Part shown: piece by piece, positions 1 through 15,299 of the stretch
How positions within the stretch are numbered: position 1 is the first letter of the stretch
How the letters are laid out: each line of letters starts with the position of its first letter
NCBI RefSeq assembly: GCF_009914755.1
Contig: NC_060926.1
Length of the DNA stretch: 64,000 nucleotides
DNA from: the human T2T-CHM13v2.0 reference genome, Homo sapiens
Direction: 5' to 3' (one strand)
Notes under the pieces: model-generated
Databases searched by the model: none
Seen by the model: the letters and a program-made list of their open reading frames with translations, nothing else
What the model was told of the DNA's origin: nothing
Position numbers and translations under genes: made by a program

Positions 1-976
1 TTTATTCTTCTCCTGCTACCCCTGGTAAAATGTGCTGCATATTTTAGTAATTTATTTTATCATAAACTTAAGAATCTTTCTTACTTTTTAAAATTTACAC
101 CACATAGATTGTTTTTGCTGAATTCTCACTTGTTGAGAAAATTCCAAGGCTAGGTTTACAGACTTCTATGCTGGCATTTCCCAGTATATAAGAAAACAAT
201 TAGAGGACATGATACAAGGTCCATAAGTGTGATTCAGTGGCAATTATCCTGAAAACAGAATCTCTGAAGTAGATGGCATTCTAAATCCCTCAAGTATTAA
301 TAATAATAATCATAATTCTCAGATACAATCCTGCATTTTTCCTCTCTACTTCTTTCTAAACTGTACGTTTTTTACCATTATTTTATCAGAGTTGTCTCAT
401 GATACTGATTGAATTTCCTTCCTTTCACTTCAGATATCTTTAGATTTGGAATATCTTTAACTCATGATTATTTGTATTTCCAGAGTCATGATCTCTTTTT
501 GGTCTTATGGTGAGGTAAGTATGCCGTATGTAATGATTTTCGAGTTTGAAAGATCACAAATTTCTTAAATACTCTGACTCAAGTTCAAGTAATTCTGAGA
601 GCATGCTTGAAGAAATAGGACTTTTAGTGAGAAGCATTCATTAGGAGTAGCAGAGCTGAGAACTGGGAAGAAGTAGAGAAAATGTGACATCCGGCTGTCT
701 CTAAAGAAAAGGTATTTAATTATTGGAGGTTAATAATTTACTTGTAGTTTTTTCTTCTATACTTCGTAGTATAGAAGTATATTTGCAAGTGAACAATTTT
801 CTTCATTTGGCATTCCCTTCAATGTTTGGGTGAACATTCTGCACGTTCTCATATGTGCTTCAAAATATGGTGTTTAAAACTGAACAAAATAAGCATTTTT
901 ATAATCATTAATAATATAATGTTATCATATTATTAATCATACTAGTGTGATGTGCTGCCAAATGATGATTGTGTGA

Positions 977-1802
<826 letters not shown>

Positions 1803-3339
1803 CTCTTAACTTTACACATAGTCTTATTTTTAACTCTAGTTATTTTTCATAAATTTTCATGGGAAGTACGATGTGGTGATGATTCTTTACATCTTATGTG
1901 TGGGAGACTGATTGTTTTGACAACTGTTAACTTACTTCAGTAAAATCTCATCTTATGATTTTAGTCTGTAGTTTTATTCCACACATTTAGAAGGTTTTTC
2001 TTTTTTTCATTTATAATATGTGCACTATCTCTCAACATTTTGGCATTGACAAATATAAAATTCATATTTAACAAAACGAGTTGAGACATGACTGAGGAGA
2101 GAAAGCAGGCCTAAGGCTTGCCACTCAAAAACTTTCTTAGGGATAACAAAAAAATAAATGGATAATCTTCAGATGTGCCTGTCAAACTAGCAACAAAAGC
2201 CTCACCCAGTGTCATCAACTGCTTTTTATGATAATCTCTATCAATTTGTCATGTAAAACATTTCTACTGAAGTTAAGATACAATATTTCTAATTCATTCC
2301 CTTCATTTGGAAGTTTAATACCCCTGTTGTGAAAGGAAAATGAGGTTATTTTGCTATGCTTTGTCCTTATTGAACTCTTTTTTGCCTCAGCGTTCACATC
2401 TTTCGATGCTAAACATGACTAAACATCTGTTTGAAAATAGAGTACACTGCTTTACAGTGTTTAGAAAACATATATTCTCTTTTAGAAAAAGGAAAAAAGT
2501 ATCCAAATGTCCTTATTATTCTGGCTCCTTCTTTTTCCATATGTGCCAGATATTTTGGTGAGTAATCAGATTGTAGCAGTACATTAAACCTCCAAACAAC
2601 TCAATGCAATAAGTACAGTCACCATTTTTTATTTCCCAGATTAGGAAATTATTTTCTATGACAATGGAAAAATTTGCCATGGTAATACAACTACCAAGTG
2701 GTTCATGTGGGTTTTGGTATAGACATTCTGAGAAAAGAACCCATCCTCTTAACTACATAATTGTCACCACCATATTTTTTCTATTAGCCAGTTATACAGA
2801 TGCATAATTCCTGCTCCTCCTGGACCATAGCAACATTCCTCCTGTCCTCTCTGTTTTCATTCTACCAAACTGTTTTGGAGGAATCAAATTCAAAGATTTC
2901 TTTCCAGGCAAATTATCTGTTCTGCTTATAATGCTAGCTTCTATTTCATATAATAAGATGTGCAATATGTAATTTAATGTGTAATATACAATATCATACA
3001 GTAGAGGTAAAATGTCATTATGCATTTGTTATCCCTTGATGTGACAAACTGCCCCACAATTGGGGCGTGGCTTAGCTGGGGGCCTGCTCAGTTTCTTTCA
3101 CAAGGCTGCATCAAGGTGTCCACTAGGATTGCAATCATCTCAAGTTTGAGCTGTGGTAGAATTCACTTCCAGGTTCATTTGTGGAAGGCTTCAAGTCCTC
3201 ACTGAATTTTGTATAAAGTTATCTCTAAAAAATCTAATTTGATGCCTTTTAAATTATTTTAATAGTCCTTCATAAACCACATTAGGTAAATTTAATGGAA
3301 CAACTATTTGTAATATGCCATCTACCACAAATGTATTCT

Positions 3340-4084
3340 TTTTCATTTCCATAGATTTGGGAAACAAGTGGGATTTGCTTACATGACTAAGTTCTTGAGT
3401 GGTGATTTGTGAGATTTTGGTCACCCATCACCCGAGCAGTATACACTGAACTCAATTCATAGTATTTTATCCCTCACCCCCTTCCCACCCTTTACCCCAG
3501 AGTCCCCAAAGTCCACTGTATAATTCTTATGCTTTTGCATTCTCATAGCTTAGCTCCCACTTATAAGTGAGAACACACAATGTTTGTTTTTTCATTCCTG
3601 AGTTACTTCACTTAGAATAATTGTCTCCAATCCCATCCAGGTTGTGTGAATGCCATTAATTCATTACTTTTTATGGCTGAGTAGTATTCCATCATACATG
3701 TATATCACAGTTTCTTTATCCACTCATTGATTTGGGCATTTGGACTGGTTCCACATTTCTGCAATTGTGAACTGTGCTGCTATAAACATACGTGTGCATG
3801 TAACTTGTTCGTATAATGACTTCTTTTCCTCTGGGTAGATATCCAGTAGTGGGATTGCTGGATGAAATGGTACTTCTACTTTTAGTATTTTAAGAAATCT
3901 TCACACTGTTTTCCATAGTGGTTGTACTATTTTACATTTCTCCCAGAAGTGCAGAAGTTCCCTTTTCACTGCATCCACGCCAATATCTGTTATTTTTTTA
4001 TTTTTTCTTTATGGCCATTCTTGCGGGAGTAACATGGTATTGAATTGTGGTTTTGATTTGTATTTCCCTGATGATTAGTTATGC
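3340..4084 (-). mobile_element. L1PB-like 3' fragment
   Basis: GTGGTGATTTGTGAGATTTTGG..CACCCATCACCCGAGCAGT 3'UTR signature followed by ORF2 C-terminal antisense. Confidence 0.9.
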
Positions 4085-6162
4085 AAAAACACAGATCTGG
4101 CTTCAAAGTACTGATAGTCAAAGATAGTAAGTAAAACACGTGCACAGATAATTATAATATTAAGCAGATTTTAAGCATTACCATAAAAACTGTATACTTG
4201 AAATAGTAGTTTAAAAGAATTATTTCCCTTTTGAGGGAACTAGAAAAAGATACCCTATCTGTAATGGATAGGCATTGCACTGGATGTGATTGAGTGTACT
4301 GGTCAAACCCTACCCATTTATCTTCTGCTCTTCTATAACTTTTTCTTTCCCTATTTATTCTTTAGATTTCAATATTTAATCTGTAATATTTGTCTGTAAT
4401 ATTAAATCAATAATTTTTCTGGACTTAGAATGTTTGTTGAAACAGTGGACTGACTTAATCCAACTGTAATGCATTCTGACTAATTATTAATGTAAAAGTA
4501 TACTTTTTTAAATAAATATGCCTATAGCCATTTAAAATCTCCATTTTAATGAGTGATTATGCTTTTGCCATTGAGATTGTTAATAAACTAAAAATTAAAA
4601 ACTGTGGCTTGCTTAGAGCACTGCAAATTATTACATAGCACCTATTTTATTATACAATATTATAAATCACTATGATAATGAAGTTATACATATACTATAT
4701 TTATTTTTGCACTCTTAGTACTTAGACTGTGACTAAACCAAGTAGATGCTTTTAAATAATTAGAAAAAGACACAAAATATTATTAAAGCAATTTTGGAAT
4801 ATATTTAAATAAAGAGCTTATTTACTGAACAATAAAAAGGCTTTAAAATTTATTTTTACAAAATAAACACAAAATTTTGAGATTTTCTTGGGAAACAAAA
4901 GGCCACAGTTGAAATTTTCAGTTTGTCATCCATCTGACTCTTGTTAGCACCTAACACCCACCTAGTAACATAGAAAGAACTGAAAAATATTTGGGTTCCA
5001 AGGTCATGGCCTCTGACTCTACAGTAATAACACACTGAAGAGGCATTATGTATAATAGTCAACAGCACATCCAATGCAGTCTTCCAGAATCCAACCCCAG
5101 TTCCAATGGTTATTAACTTTTTTGGCCTTGGACAAGTCATACCGCCTACCAAGCCTCATTTATCATACTTATAAGAAGCTACTCCTAATGCTATATGAAA
5201 CAAGATGTGCAAAGTTCTTAGCAAACTATTCAGGACACGAAAAACACTTAGTATACGTTAACTGCTATAATTAGCCATAAATAAGGTACTTTGTGTGTAT
5301 CTGGTGACCCATGCCTTTCCATCACACGTTGTTTATCCCCAAAGGCATATTTTGACTCGAAGAGAATAAAATGTATATGTCACGCTAAAGAAGACCACCT
5401 TCATAAATATTAAAGTATTGCTTACAACAGTATATTCTGTGTTATCTAGTGCTGTATGAGGTATAATTGCCACATTTTCAACCCTTTACAAACATAAATG
5501 CATGTGATAATTATTTTTTGGTATAAAGGTATGTATTTAGTGTGCCTACAAATACCGAATTATCATTCAGTGAGGTTCAATTTATGAAGAGCTCAGTTCA
5601 CAATTTCTTCTATACCTCTGCTTTCATTCTTCAGGTGGCTGGCCTTATGAATCATATATCAGATGCTATGTGGCCCTATAATTGCTGGATGGCCTGGTTC
5701 ACCAACAATTCAAATTAAGATGAAGCAGCCTAAGAATTAAGAGAATGAATTGATTTGACGGTACTCTATTAAATCAATTTAGGCTACTATAAAAGTACTT
5801 GTAAAAGAATTATCAGTATTTTATGGTTGCTAGAATTCTATGACCAGTATCTCTTGAGAAAATCGTAATGTCCTCTATATCAATGTATAAGTCTGTATGA
5901 TATCCCAAATTCTGTTTCTGCCGCTTTCAACTTAGAGGCTGCAGGCTTGCTTTCGGTGAAAATACACAGAATATAAAGCTTTCCCTGTGTAGGATTCTCA
6001 AGGAGTGCACCTTTTAGATAAATAAGGGGTTTTGCTCTAGTCTATTTTATTTTTGCAGGGGTTCAATAAAGGTTTTCTGAAATATTCTGTTTCTATTCCT
6101 ACTAAAAATGGCTACACACTAAATCTAAATTATAGATTTAGTGGAGATGGTAGATTTCAATC

Positions 6163-6385
6163 ATGTAGGTTGCAAACTCAAATGTCAATAACGTCTAGGT
6201 AGGTAAGGTCCATGATTAAATATCTCTCTTTAAATTATTTTTTGTCTCATTTGAAAACGGGTGAGGGAGCACTGCTCTTCAGCTCCTTTCAGGTGTTACC
6301 ATAGAGAATGTGGGCCCAGTTTTCTCAGAGAGATATCTGAAGATATACTATAATTCCAGATTTTTAAATGTTGTCTAACAAAACA
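6163..6385. mobile_element. MER102-like hAT DNA transposon remnant
   Basis: GGTTGCAAACTCAAATG...GAATGTGGGCCCAGT...GATTTTTAAATGTTG resembles recalled MER102. Confidence 0.5.
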
Positions 6386-7559
6386 AAAGGATACATTTTG
6401 TCAGGTTTTTCTTTTTGCTGTTGCTATTTTTCCTATGAGCTTTTCTAAAGCAAATCGTCTTCCAGCCATGTAAAAATGATGCTGGTTAATAAGACTTCAT
6501 TGCAATGAATTGATGTTCCTATCAGTTTCAAGATTGGCATGACAGATGTTGTTTCTCTGAACTCCTCGCTCCCACACTCCTGGTTGATACCTCGAACAAT
6601 ACAACCTCAAGAAATGGCTATGTAGTCATTATATATAGAAGACTTGTTAATAAACATATGCAAATATATCATTTAAGACATGAATGTAAGGAAAAAGCAA
6701 TTTAAAATAGATCATTTTCAAAGAATCTGAATTTCAAAACCTTACTAGAAAACAAATATGGCAGAAAAAATAAAAAAGAATTCCAGGGCTTAGACAAGAC
6801 AGATAATGTCTTATCTCTCGAAGGTAAGTTCTTCTAGCAGAGGTTGGAGATTAATTAATATTTAGAAAGGATTATAAAAATATGCCAAAAACTTAAAGCA
6901 AGGTTTTCAGCATTGCATATGAGGGCCATGAGAATTTGGTTTCTTGGTGGCACATAATTAGCAACCCAAACTGCCTTCCAGTTCACTAAAATAATATACT
7001 GCTCTTCTCTAAATGCGCTATGATGACAGACCATCAGAATAAAAGAACATTTGGGGTCCATTCACTTATTTAATAAGCATATAATGAATGGGCCAAACAC
7101 TGGACTAGGTGCTGAAAATATACCTGTGAGCCGTTTGCCCACCACACAAACATACACCAAAAGGATCTCCACCTTTGAAATAGTTAAATCTGAAACAAAG
7201 CATAATTGTGGCCTGGTTCACCATATAAAGACGATTTGTCTTTATGTCTTCTTTCTGGGAATTCAGCTTTGGAAATTATACTGGCTTTTTTTTAACCTGA
7301 GAACCCTTTTACCTGAGCTATAGCTCAACTTTGTAGATATCTAACACCAAATACAGCATTCTTTTTCTTCTAAATTTATACAGATAATTGACTAAATTCA
7401 GGAATTTATTAGTGATATAGCAAGGTATACCCATCAAGAGTAAGACTGTTTTAAGAGGGTAGGATTGGGTATAGTGATTGTGGAGAGCTTCTTCCAGAAT
7501 CTTAGCTCCTCTGGAGATCTAATAGTTCAAGAAATGCAAAGTCTAGATAGATAGATGGG

Positions 7560-7960
7560 TTTCTTCTGACTTGTTTAAAGATCATCTTTCTGTGTACTAT
7601 GTTGAAATATGTTGAAAATAAACTACAGGGGCCAAGCATGGATAAGAAAGTCCAGTTAGGATTTTGCATTAATCCAGGTGAGATATATGCAGTTTCCAAA
7701 AGTTTTGTAGCAGTGGAAGTGGTTGAAAAATTACAGAATTTGCTAATGTATTGCATGTGGACCACGAGGGAATGACAGGAGTAAGGGATGATCCAAAACT
7801 TTTAGCCTGAGAAACTGGAACTTGTGGAGAGAGAAGGAATTAGTTCAGGGCATGTTAAGTTGAGATGCTTATTAGACTTCCAAATTAAAAGGTCCAGTAG
7901 GCAGAAGTCAAACAAGCCTGGATTTGAGGGAACTGGTCTGGACTGGAAATATAAATTTGG
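7560..7960 (-). mobile_element. L2 fragment (degraded)
   Basis: Purine-rich L2 antisense pattern (AATCCAGGTGAGA, GTTAAGTTGAGATGCTTATTAGAC, GACTGGAAATATAAATTTGG). Confidence 0.6.
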
Positions 7961-8457
7961 CCCACAACAGGATTTCTCATATGTTTATTGAATCAGTAAA
8001 TGAATATCCATACAGAGATAAGTTAATTCTGTAGTAACATATTCAATATTGCATAGTAAATAATAATGTAGCTGTGTGCCAAGATACTGATGATGTTGTT
8101 ATGTTTTCAGAAGCTGGCTGGGAGGGTTTTAAAGACAATATAATGGGGAATCTGTCTGGACTATGAGCAGGAAGTGAATCTTTTAAATCTCTGATTCTAG
8201 CCTTGGGATACATTCTGAAAGTTGGGATTAATGAGTACAATTGTTTGTGAAGTACACTACCAATATGATTTCTAACAAAGGATGTATCGGTTTATATTCC
8301 CACTAGGATAGTACTCAAGTTCTATTTTCACCTTGCATAGGATCGAGTTTTATTATTGCTTTGGCTCATTTATCACTAAATTGACAATGAAAATTATTCA
8401 TTAAGAGGTGATAAGGGCACTTTCTTTACTGTAAATACTCGTCAGATGTGGATAATA

Positions 8458-8856
8458 TATATCTTAGCTCTGGCTGCCATAACAAAATACCATAGACTGA
8501 GTGGCTTAAATAACAGAAATGTATGCGTCACAGTTCTAGAGTCTGGATGTCAAGATCATGGTGCCCCCCAGTTAGGTTCCTTGCAAATGCACTCTTCCTG
8601 GCTTGCATGGTCATCTTCTCACTATGTCCTCCTCACTTGGCCCTTCCTCAGTGCTTGCACACAGCGAAAGAGAGAGATCTTTCTTTCTCTTCTTTTTGTC
8701 CTAAAGTCACTAGACCCATCATTAAGACCCACCCTCATGATGTAACCCAAACTTAATTACCCCCTGGAAGGCACTACCTTCAAATAACATCACACGGGGA
8801 AACAACTTTAGTGTATGGAATTTTTTTGGGGGGACACCAACATTTATCCCATAACA
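8458..8856 (-). mobile_element. MLT1A-like MaLR solo LTR
   Basis: GGCTGCCATAACAAAATACCATAGACTGAGTGGCTTAAATAACAGAAAT...CCCATAACA. Confidence 0.8.
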
Positions 8857-9137
8857 ATATACAAACCTAAAAAATAAAAATTCATGGGTGTCCAGAATAA
8901 AAAGATGAACAAATTCTAATGTAATACAAGGAGAGAAATGCAAAAAGATAAAGATGACTACAGTATGATCATGTTGACCTCTAACCAGAATTAGGCAGAG
9001 GGAATGGAATCAGTACCAGAAGGGAAGTCAGGGATTTAGAGAGCCTCATAAAGAATGCCTTGCTCTGAAGCTTCTTCCCATATATTTGTAGAAAGGTTAG
9101 GAAAAGCCTGTGATTCGTTGCAGTCTGAGGATATGGC

Positions 9138-9246
9138 TTATTTAAAGCTCCTTACCCAGGAAGGTGGGAAGAAGCAGAGTCTTAAATCCAGGAGCAGGAA
9201 CACGATACACTTCTTCCCACCTTCCTGGGTAAGAAGTTTTAAATAA
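9138..9246. repeat. Inverted repeat, 37-bp arms (2 mismatches), 35-nt loop
   Basis: 9138-9174 TTATTTAAAGCTCCTTACCCAGGAAGGTGGGAAGAAG is the reverse complement of 9210-9246 CTTCTTCCCACCTTCCTGGGTAAGAAGTTTTAAATAA at 35/37 positions. Confidence 0.95.
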
Positions 9247-9450
9247 ATTCTCTCACGTGTTTCCCTTTTCTCATTAGCTTACTGGGTTTTTTGTTTTGTT
9301 TTGTTTTGTTTCCCTCTGAATTACTTGTTTTCCAGAAAACTAACTTTACGAAAACTACTTGAGATATGAGATAAAGTTAATTTCTTCCAGAAATTTGCAC
9401 TTTTTCTTCCAGGAGACAGAGGATATCAGAGCTAGGTCATGTTAAAGTGA

Positions 9451-10252
<802 letters not shown>

Positions 10253-10421
10253 TAAATTTTGTATTTCCAGCTTCTTGGATCAAGACACTCACCAGATTCT
10301 CCAACTTGGGTGGACCTTCTTGTTTCCTCTGTGCTCTGAGACAATAAAAAACAAAACTCAAAGTCATGATTGTTTAGCACATAGCCTTAGAGTGACAAAC
10401 TTGACCTAAGTTTCTACTTAC

Positions 10422-10587
10422 CTAGCTCAGTTCCTGTCTTCACTTATCTTTTGATCTCAGAATTGCTTTCTTTCCTGCTAGCTCATTAATACAGTGAAAA
10501 GACTTTTAAAAAATTGTACCTTAGATTTTAGTTGATGCCAGTGGGACAATCCAGGTACATAGCCCACTATATTACTAAAACTGAATC
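10422..10587 (-). other. Candidate non-coding exon (166 nt)
   Basis: Minus-strand acceptor TACTAAAAGATTTATTTTCTCCTTCTCAACTCAG| and donor TAG|GTAAGT; stops in all three frames. Confidence 0.35.
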
Positions 10588-11323
10588 CTGAGTTGAGAAG
10601 GAGAAAATAAATCTTTTAGTATCTGTCTGAACATTTCCCTTAGAGATCAAGATTGTAGCCTAGTTTCCCTTTGGGAAAGGAACAATGACAACCTTTTAAT
10701 TTTTTATTCTTGTGGTCCGTTAAGCTTACCAACAACTCAATTAAAGATAAATATATAAAAAACAATTTAAAAAACATACTATGATGATGATGACAATGTT
10801 GATAAAAGTAGTAAATCTCAAACCAAATAGGAAACTTTTTCATTGTAATCACTTTTAATAAACATATAGTAATATATGGTTTATAACCACTGTAATAAGT
10901 ACACGTGTTTTGATGGATTTTTAACATACTTGAAATGCGTAAGTGCTATTTTCAACATACAAGTATAGTTCAGTTTTCAGAAAAATAAAATAATATTGTG
11001 AACTTTAATATTTGGGAAAACAAAGTTCTTGCTTTTAAGTGTTGATTTATTAGATGTATAAAATGCATTTCAATATTCAAAAGACGATCACTTATTTTAA
11101 TGTTTAAAGGAATATTAATTGTTCACTAGTCTATGAGATTAAAACATTGAGTGCTAACAATGCACAAGTAATCATGAATGTCCTTTGATGGCATGGAAAC
11201 TTGGGATATTAGACAGGGCAACAGGACTCAAAAGACCAAGTCTTTGGAATATCCTCAGAAAGTGACTGTTAGTCTTGGTGATTTATGAAATTCTTGCATG
11301 GTCAGGGGCTCTGTGTGTCTGTG

Positions 11324-11327
<4 letters not shown>

Positions 11328-11354
<27 letters not shown>
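11328..11354. repeat. (TG)n microsatellite
   Basis: Direct reading. Confidence 0.95.
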
Positions 11355-11969
11355 TGGCTGGTGTTGACACAGATTGAGTTTTCATGTTTGAGTATTTAGA
11401 AGAGTTAAATTTATAAAGTCAGACTTTGGAAAGTTGGGTAACTGTTCAATATTCCATTTTTTAAAGAAAATGAAATAGTTTTGCATTTTTTTTTGTTGCT
11501 TTTCATACAGCTACCCATCTAAAAAAATGTTGAGAGCTTAAAATTTGCTTTGAATAAATGCACTCCTCATTGTAGTCTGGTTTCTGGGTGAGTTCCTTCA
11601 TCTCCTGTGGAGAGCTCTTTACTGCCTGTAGGGGACCTCCTATAGGGATAGGTAATGTTTTACTCATTCCTACAGGAGGTTCCCCTTAGGAGTTCAGAAT
11701 CACCATATTTTACTGTTCTAACAGAAGGTGTTACAATAAATATTAAGCAGCTGGATTTCACTCTTCATAATATGGGCACTATATTTCATCAGACTTATTG
11801 TTATGACTGAGAAATACTTCAATTTTAACTAACATCTGTAAAATTAGGACAAATGCAATCAAGTTGAATACAAGAGTATAGTTTGGCTAAGAACAATTTT
11901 AAATCATTAGTTGTCTTGCTTGTGAGGCCCAGCTCACTTTCAATTTCCTTATTCTATGATATGTGAATA

Positions 11970-12330
11970 GAGTACCTCATGTTTATCTTGAGTTTTGCTT
12001 TCCAAAGTTTTAGTTACCCATTGTCAACTGCAATCTGAAAAAAAGGTGAGTATAGTACAATAAGATATTTTGCAAAGAAACAGAGAGAGATCATGTCCAC
12101 CTAACATTTATTATGGTATATTGTTATAGTTGTTCTCTTTTATTCTTAGTTATTGTTATTAATCTCTTACTTGCCTAATTTACAAATTAAACTTTATCAT
12201 AGGTGTGTATGTACAGGAAAAAACTGTGTGTGTGTGTGTGTGTGTTTACATTTCAGCACTTTTTCTATGGTTTTCAGATGTCTGCTGGGGGTCTTGGAAG
12301 GTATACCGTTCTGACAAGAGGAGACTATTG
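11970..12330 (+). mobile_element. MER44A (TcMar-Tigger MITE) with internal (TG)n
   Basis: GGTGAGTATAGTACAATAAGATATTTTG...AATTAAACTTTATCATAGGT...GGGGGTCTTGGAA...GACTATTG, flanked by TA. Confidence 0.85.
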
Positions 12331-12479
12331 TATGTGCTCAGAGTTATTTCTGAGCACCTGTATTGAATACATAGTCCAGTACTTCTAAAATATCTGTGCC
12401 ATTTCTTCCCCCTAGAAGGTTGGTTAAGAGTTGGTTCAATTGTTATTTGAATGAAAGTAATAAAAGATAATGACAGTGA

Positions 12480-12705
12480 CTTGTCATTTTCTGAATATTA
12501 ATAATATGAACATGTATCGACAGCTTAGTATATGTCAAGGCTTCTGCTCATTTAATATCTTATTTTATCCTCCCAGGAACAGTATGAAATAAATACTTAT
12601 TACTCTTTTACAAATGAGAGAGACTTAAGCTCAAAGAAAGTAACTCGTCTAAAGCCACATGGTTACCAAGTAAGGAGTCAAGACAAAAACTTAGTGTCTG
12701 TATGG
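12480..12705 (-). mobile_element. MIR fragment
   Basis: TTTTACAAATGAGAGAGACTTAAGCTCAAAGAAAGTAAC...CCACATGG core-like pattern. Confidence 0.6.
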
Positions 12706-13562
12706 TGTTAAAAAAAAGTATTGAATGACACTTGTAACAACATGGTAAGAAATACTTTATTTGGGACCATCCTGATAGGTATAGGGACCACTGAAACAGG
12801 GTCTTGCAGTGGTGAAGAGAGATTGGACTCAATTCTGAATACAGCATGAGTACGTGGGAATTTATAACCAAGGATCAGGTTGGGGGTCAGTGGATGAAAA
12901 ATTACTAAGAGAAAGTCAGAGGTGATATGGTTTGGCTCTGTGTCCCAACTGAAATCTCATCTTGAATTGTAATCCTCACAAGTCAAGGGAGGGACCTGGT
13001 GGGAGGTGACTGAATCATGGGGACAGTTTCCCCCATGCTGTTCTCATGATAGTCAGGGATTTCTCAGGAGATCTAGTTGTTTGATAAGTTTCTGGCATTT
13101 CCCCTGCTCTCTCTCTCGCCTGCCACCATGTAAGACACGCCTTGCTTCCCCTTCATCTTCTGCCATGATTGTAAGTTTCCTGAGGCCTCCCCAGCCATGC
13201 AGAACTGTGGGTCAACTAAACCTCTTTTGTTTCTAAATTATCCAGTTTCAGGTGGTATCTTTATACCAGTGTGAGAACGAACTAACACAAGGGGTAAGAG
13301 GGATTCTGCCTAAAGTGACCTAACAGTATTCTTGCTGAAGACAAACCAGGGTAATTCGAATCACCTGGGGATAGTGGAAAATGAGGAACCTGATCAGATG
13401 TAAAGGGAGATCAGATATTAGGGTGGGATGTCTTGACAAACTGACTTAGCAAAGTCAGTTAGAATTGGATTGCTAAAATTGGATTTTACAAGGCACTACA
13501 CCGATGTTCAGAGAATGTTCAGGAGCCTGACTAAGGTTTGGCTAAGCAGAGAATCTTTGTCA
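12706..13562 (-). mobile_element. MER31A-like ERV1 solo LTR interrupted by THE1
   Basis: Minus strand begins TGACAAAGATTCTCTGCTT and ends TTTAACA; both halves colinear around the THE1. Confidence 0.8.
12923..13289 (+). mobile_element. THE1D-like MaLR solo LTR
   Basis: TGATATGGTTTGGCTCTGTGTCCC...ACTAACACA; 5-bp TSD AGAGG/AGGGG. Confidence 0.9.
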
Positions 13563-13740
13563 GTAGACGCAGTGCATTTTATCACTAGACGATCGTGTTT
13601 CTTTTAAAAACTTAATATGAGCAAAAATACCTGAATTATCACTGGAGAGCTTGGAAAGATGTTTGTCTTTTTTTATCTCAATCTTGTATCCTAGTTCTGG
13701 TATGAACTTCTGGGGAATCTTTCAGGCTCTGCGTCAGTGT

Positions 13741-13760
13741 GCTGCGCCCCCTGCTGGCTG
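13741..13760 (-). promoter_or_regulatory. CTCF core motif
   Basis: Minus strand CAGCCAGCAGGGGGCGCAGC contains the CCASYAGRKGGCRS consensus exactly; local GC-rich patch with retained CpGs. Confidence 0.75.
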
Positions 13761-15299
13761 GGGGATCCTTCTGCGTGTATTCTGACCTTGCTTTCTTTTC
13801 TCATAAAGTTCCATTTTTGCAGAACCCATATATTTGTTTCTGAATTAATATTAATCATCTGATTATTTATAATTAGAAAGCTATTATTATAATGTCAGCA
13901 GATAGTAAGTGTACAGTGAATATGATCAGTTAGAACTGTTATGTTTTAACAAAGAATATAAGTATTTTAACAGGAAGCTATGGTTCCTTAATAGTAGAAA
14001 TAGAACAGAACATGTGGAATCTTGACACAATATTCTCTCTGAATATTTTATTTCTAACTTATTAAGATAAGTTATTAAATTTAATTATAATAAATTAATT
14101 ATTCCTGGAAATAGTAATAGTCTTATTTTGTTTAATACTTAAAAATTTTCAAAGACAGAAATTCTAGTTTCCTATAAAAAATATCTGGAAGAAGTTAACT
14201 AAAACAGATGAAGAAGACATAGCTGGAGACGGAGGAAATTATAATATAGAAAATACAGTGCCCTTTTTATTTCCATATTTGAGTAACCTTTTCACTCTTG
14301 TGATTTCAATGATCTTGTGAGGCCTAAAGTATAGAGATAAAGGTCATGGTTGACTTCTGTTATAAGAAATAGAAACTATTTTATCTTAGAGAAAGTATCA
14401 TGCTCTGTCAATATTTTTACCATAACACCCCTTAAAGGGTTCAGAGAATCTAGAACAAGCTGTCACATGCTACTGCAAAACATCTTTTCATTATCTTCAT
14501 TTTAACTTTAAAGTTAATATAAACTTTACATTCTACTTCATGTGAATGTAATAAATATATCCTTGCCAGCCTCCTTGCTGTATCATTTTCCCCTTCTTGA
14601 ATTCAAAATACAGTAGTGTAACAGTACTCTAATCCTTGGCTTCTATCTTTTCCAATGGACTATCCCAAAGCAAGCTCCAAGCTTAAATTCATTTTATACT
14701 GTTTATTTACCTGAAGATAATTTCTGTATTAGTTTTACTCTCTACCCTAGGTTTCACACTCATGTATCTAATATGCTTCCTGAGAGCTGCACTTTAACAT
14801 CCAGCACATATAAGTAAAATATACCTACAAAAGAGCTCTTGACCATTTTACCTTTTATCATTACCCTGACACTCTTTCCTCATACCATGAAGTTATGTTA
14901 TATTGAGAGTTTACTCAATATTCAATCCAACATTCTTTGATATTTTTTTCTTCTCCTATTCCTTCATTTCTAATCGGTAAGTTTACTGATTCTAAAAGAG
15001 TGGCATCAATAGCTAATATACTTCCCGCTTGCTATGTTTCAGACTCCGTTCCAAGTGCTTGATAGAGAACATTTTATTAATCTTCATAAAACAGCTAGGA
15101 ACTATTATTCTTTATGTGATAAGGATGAGAAAACACAAAGACACATTAAAGGATTTGCCTATGTTGAAATTTTAGTATGATTTAAAGCTAGATCTTAAAC
15201 CCAGCCACTTTTATTCCAGATTCAATGATTTTAGCTACTACACTCTACAATCTCATATAATCTACAGTCTAATCAAGCATGTTTACTTTCTTTATTTCT

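Noticed and set aside
754-777. 10-bp stem CTTCTATACT-TCGT-AGTATAGAAG
   Set aside because: Short enough to arise by chance or local slippage in AT-rich DNA; no supporting context
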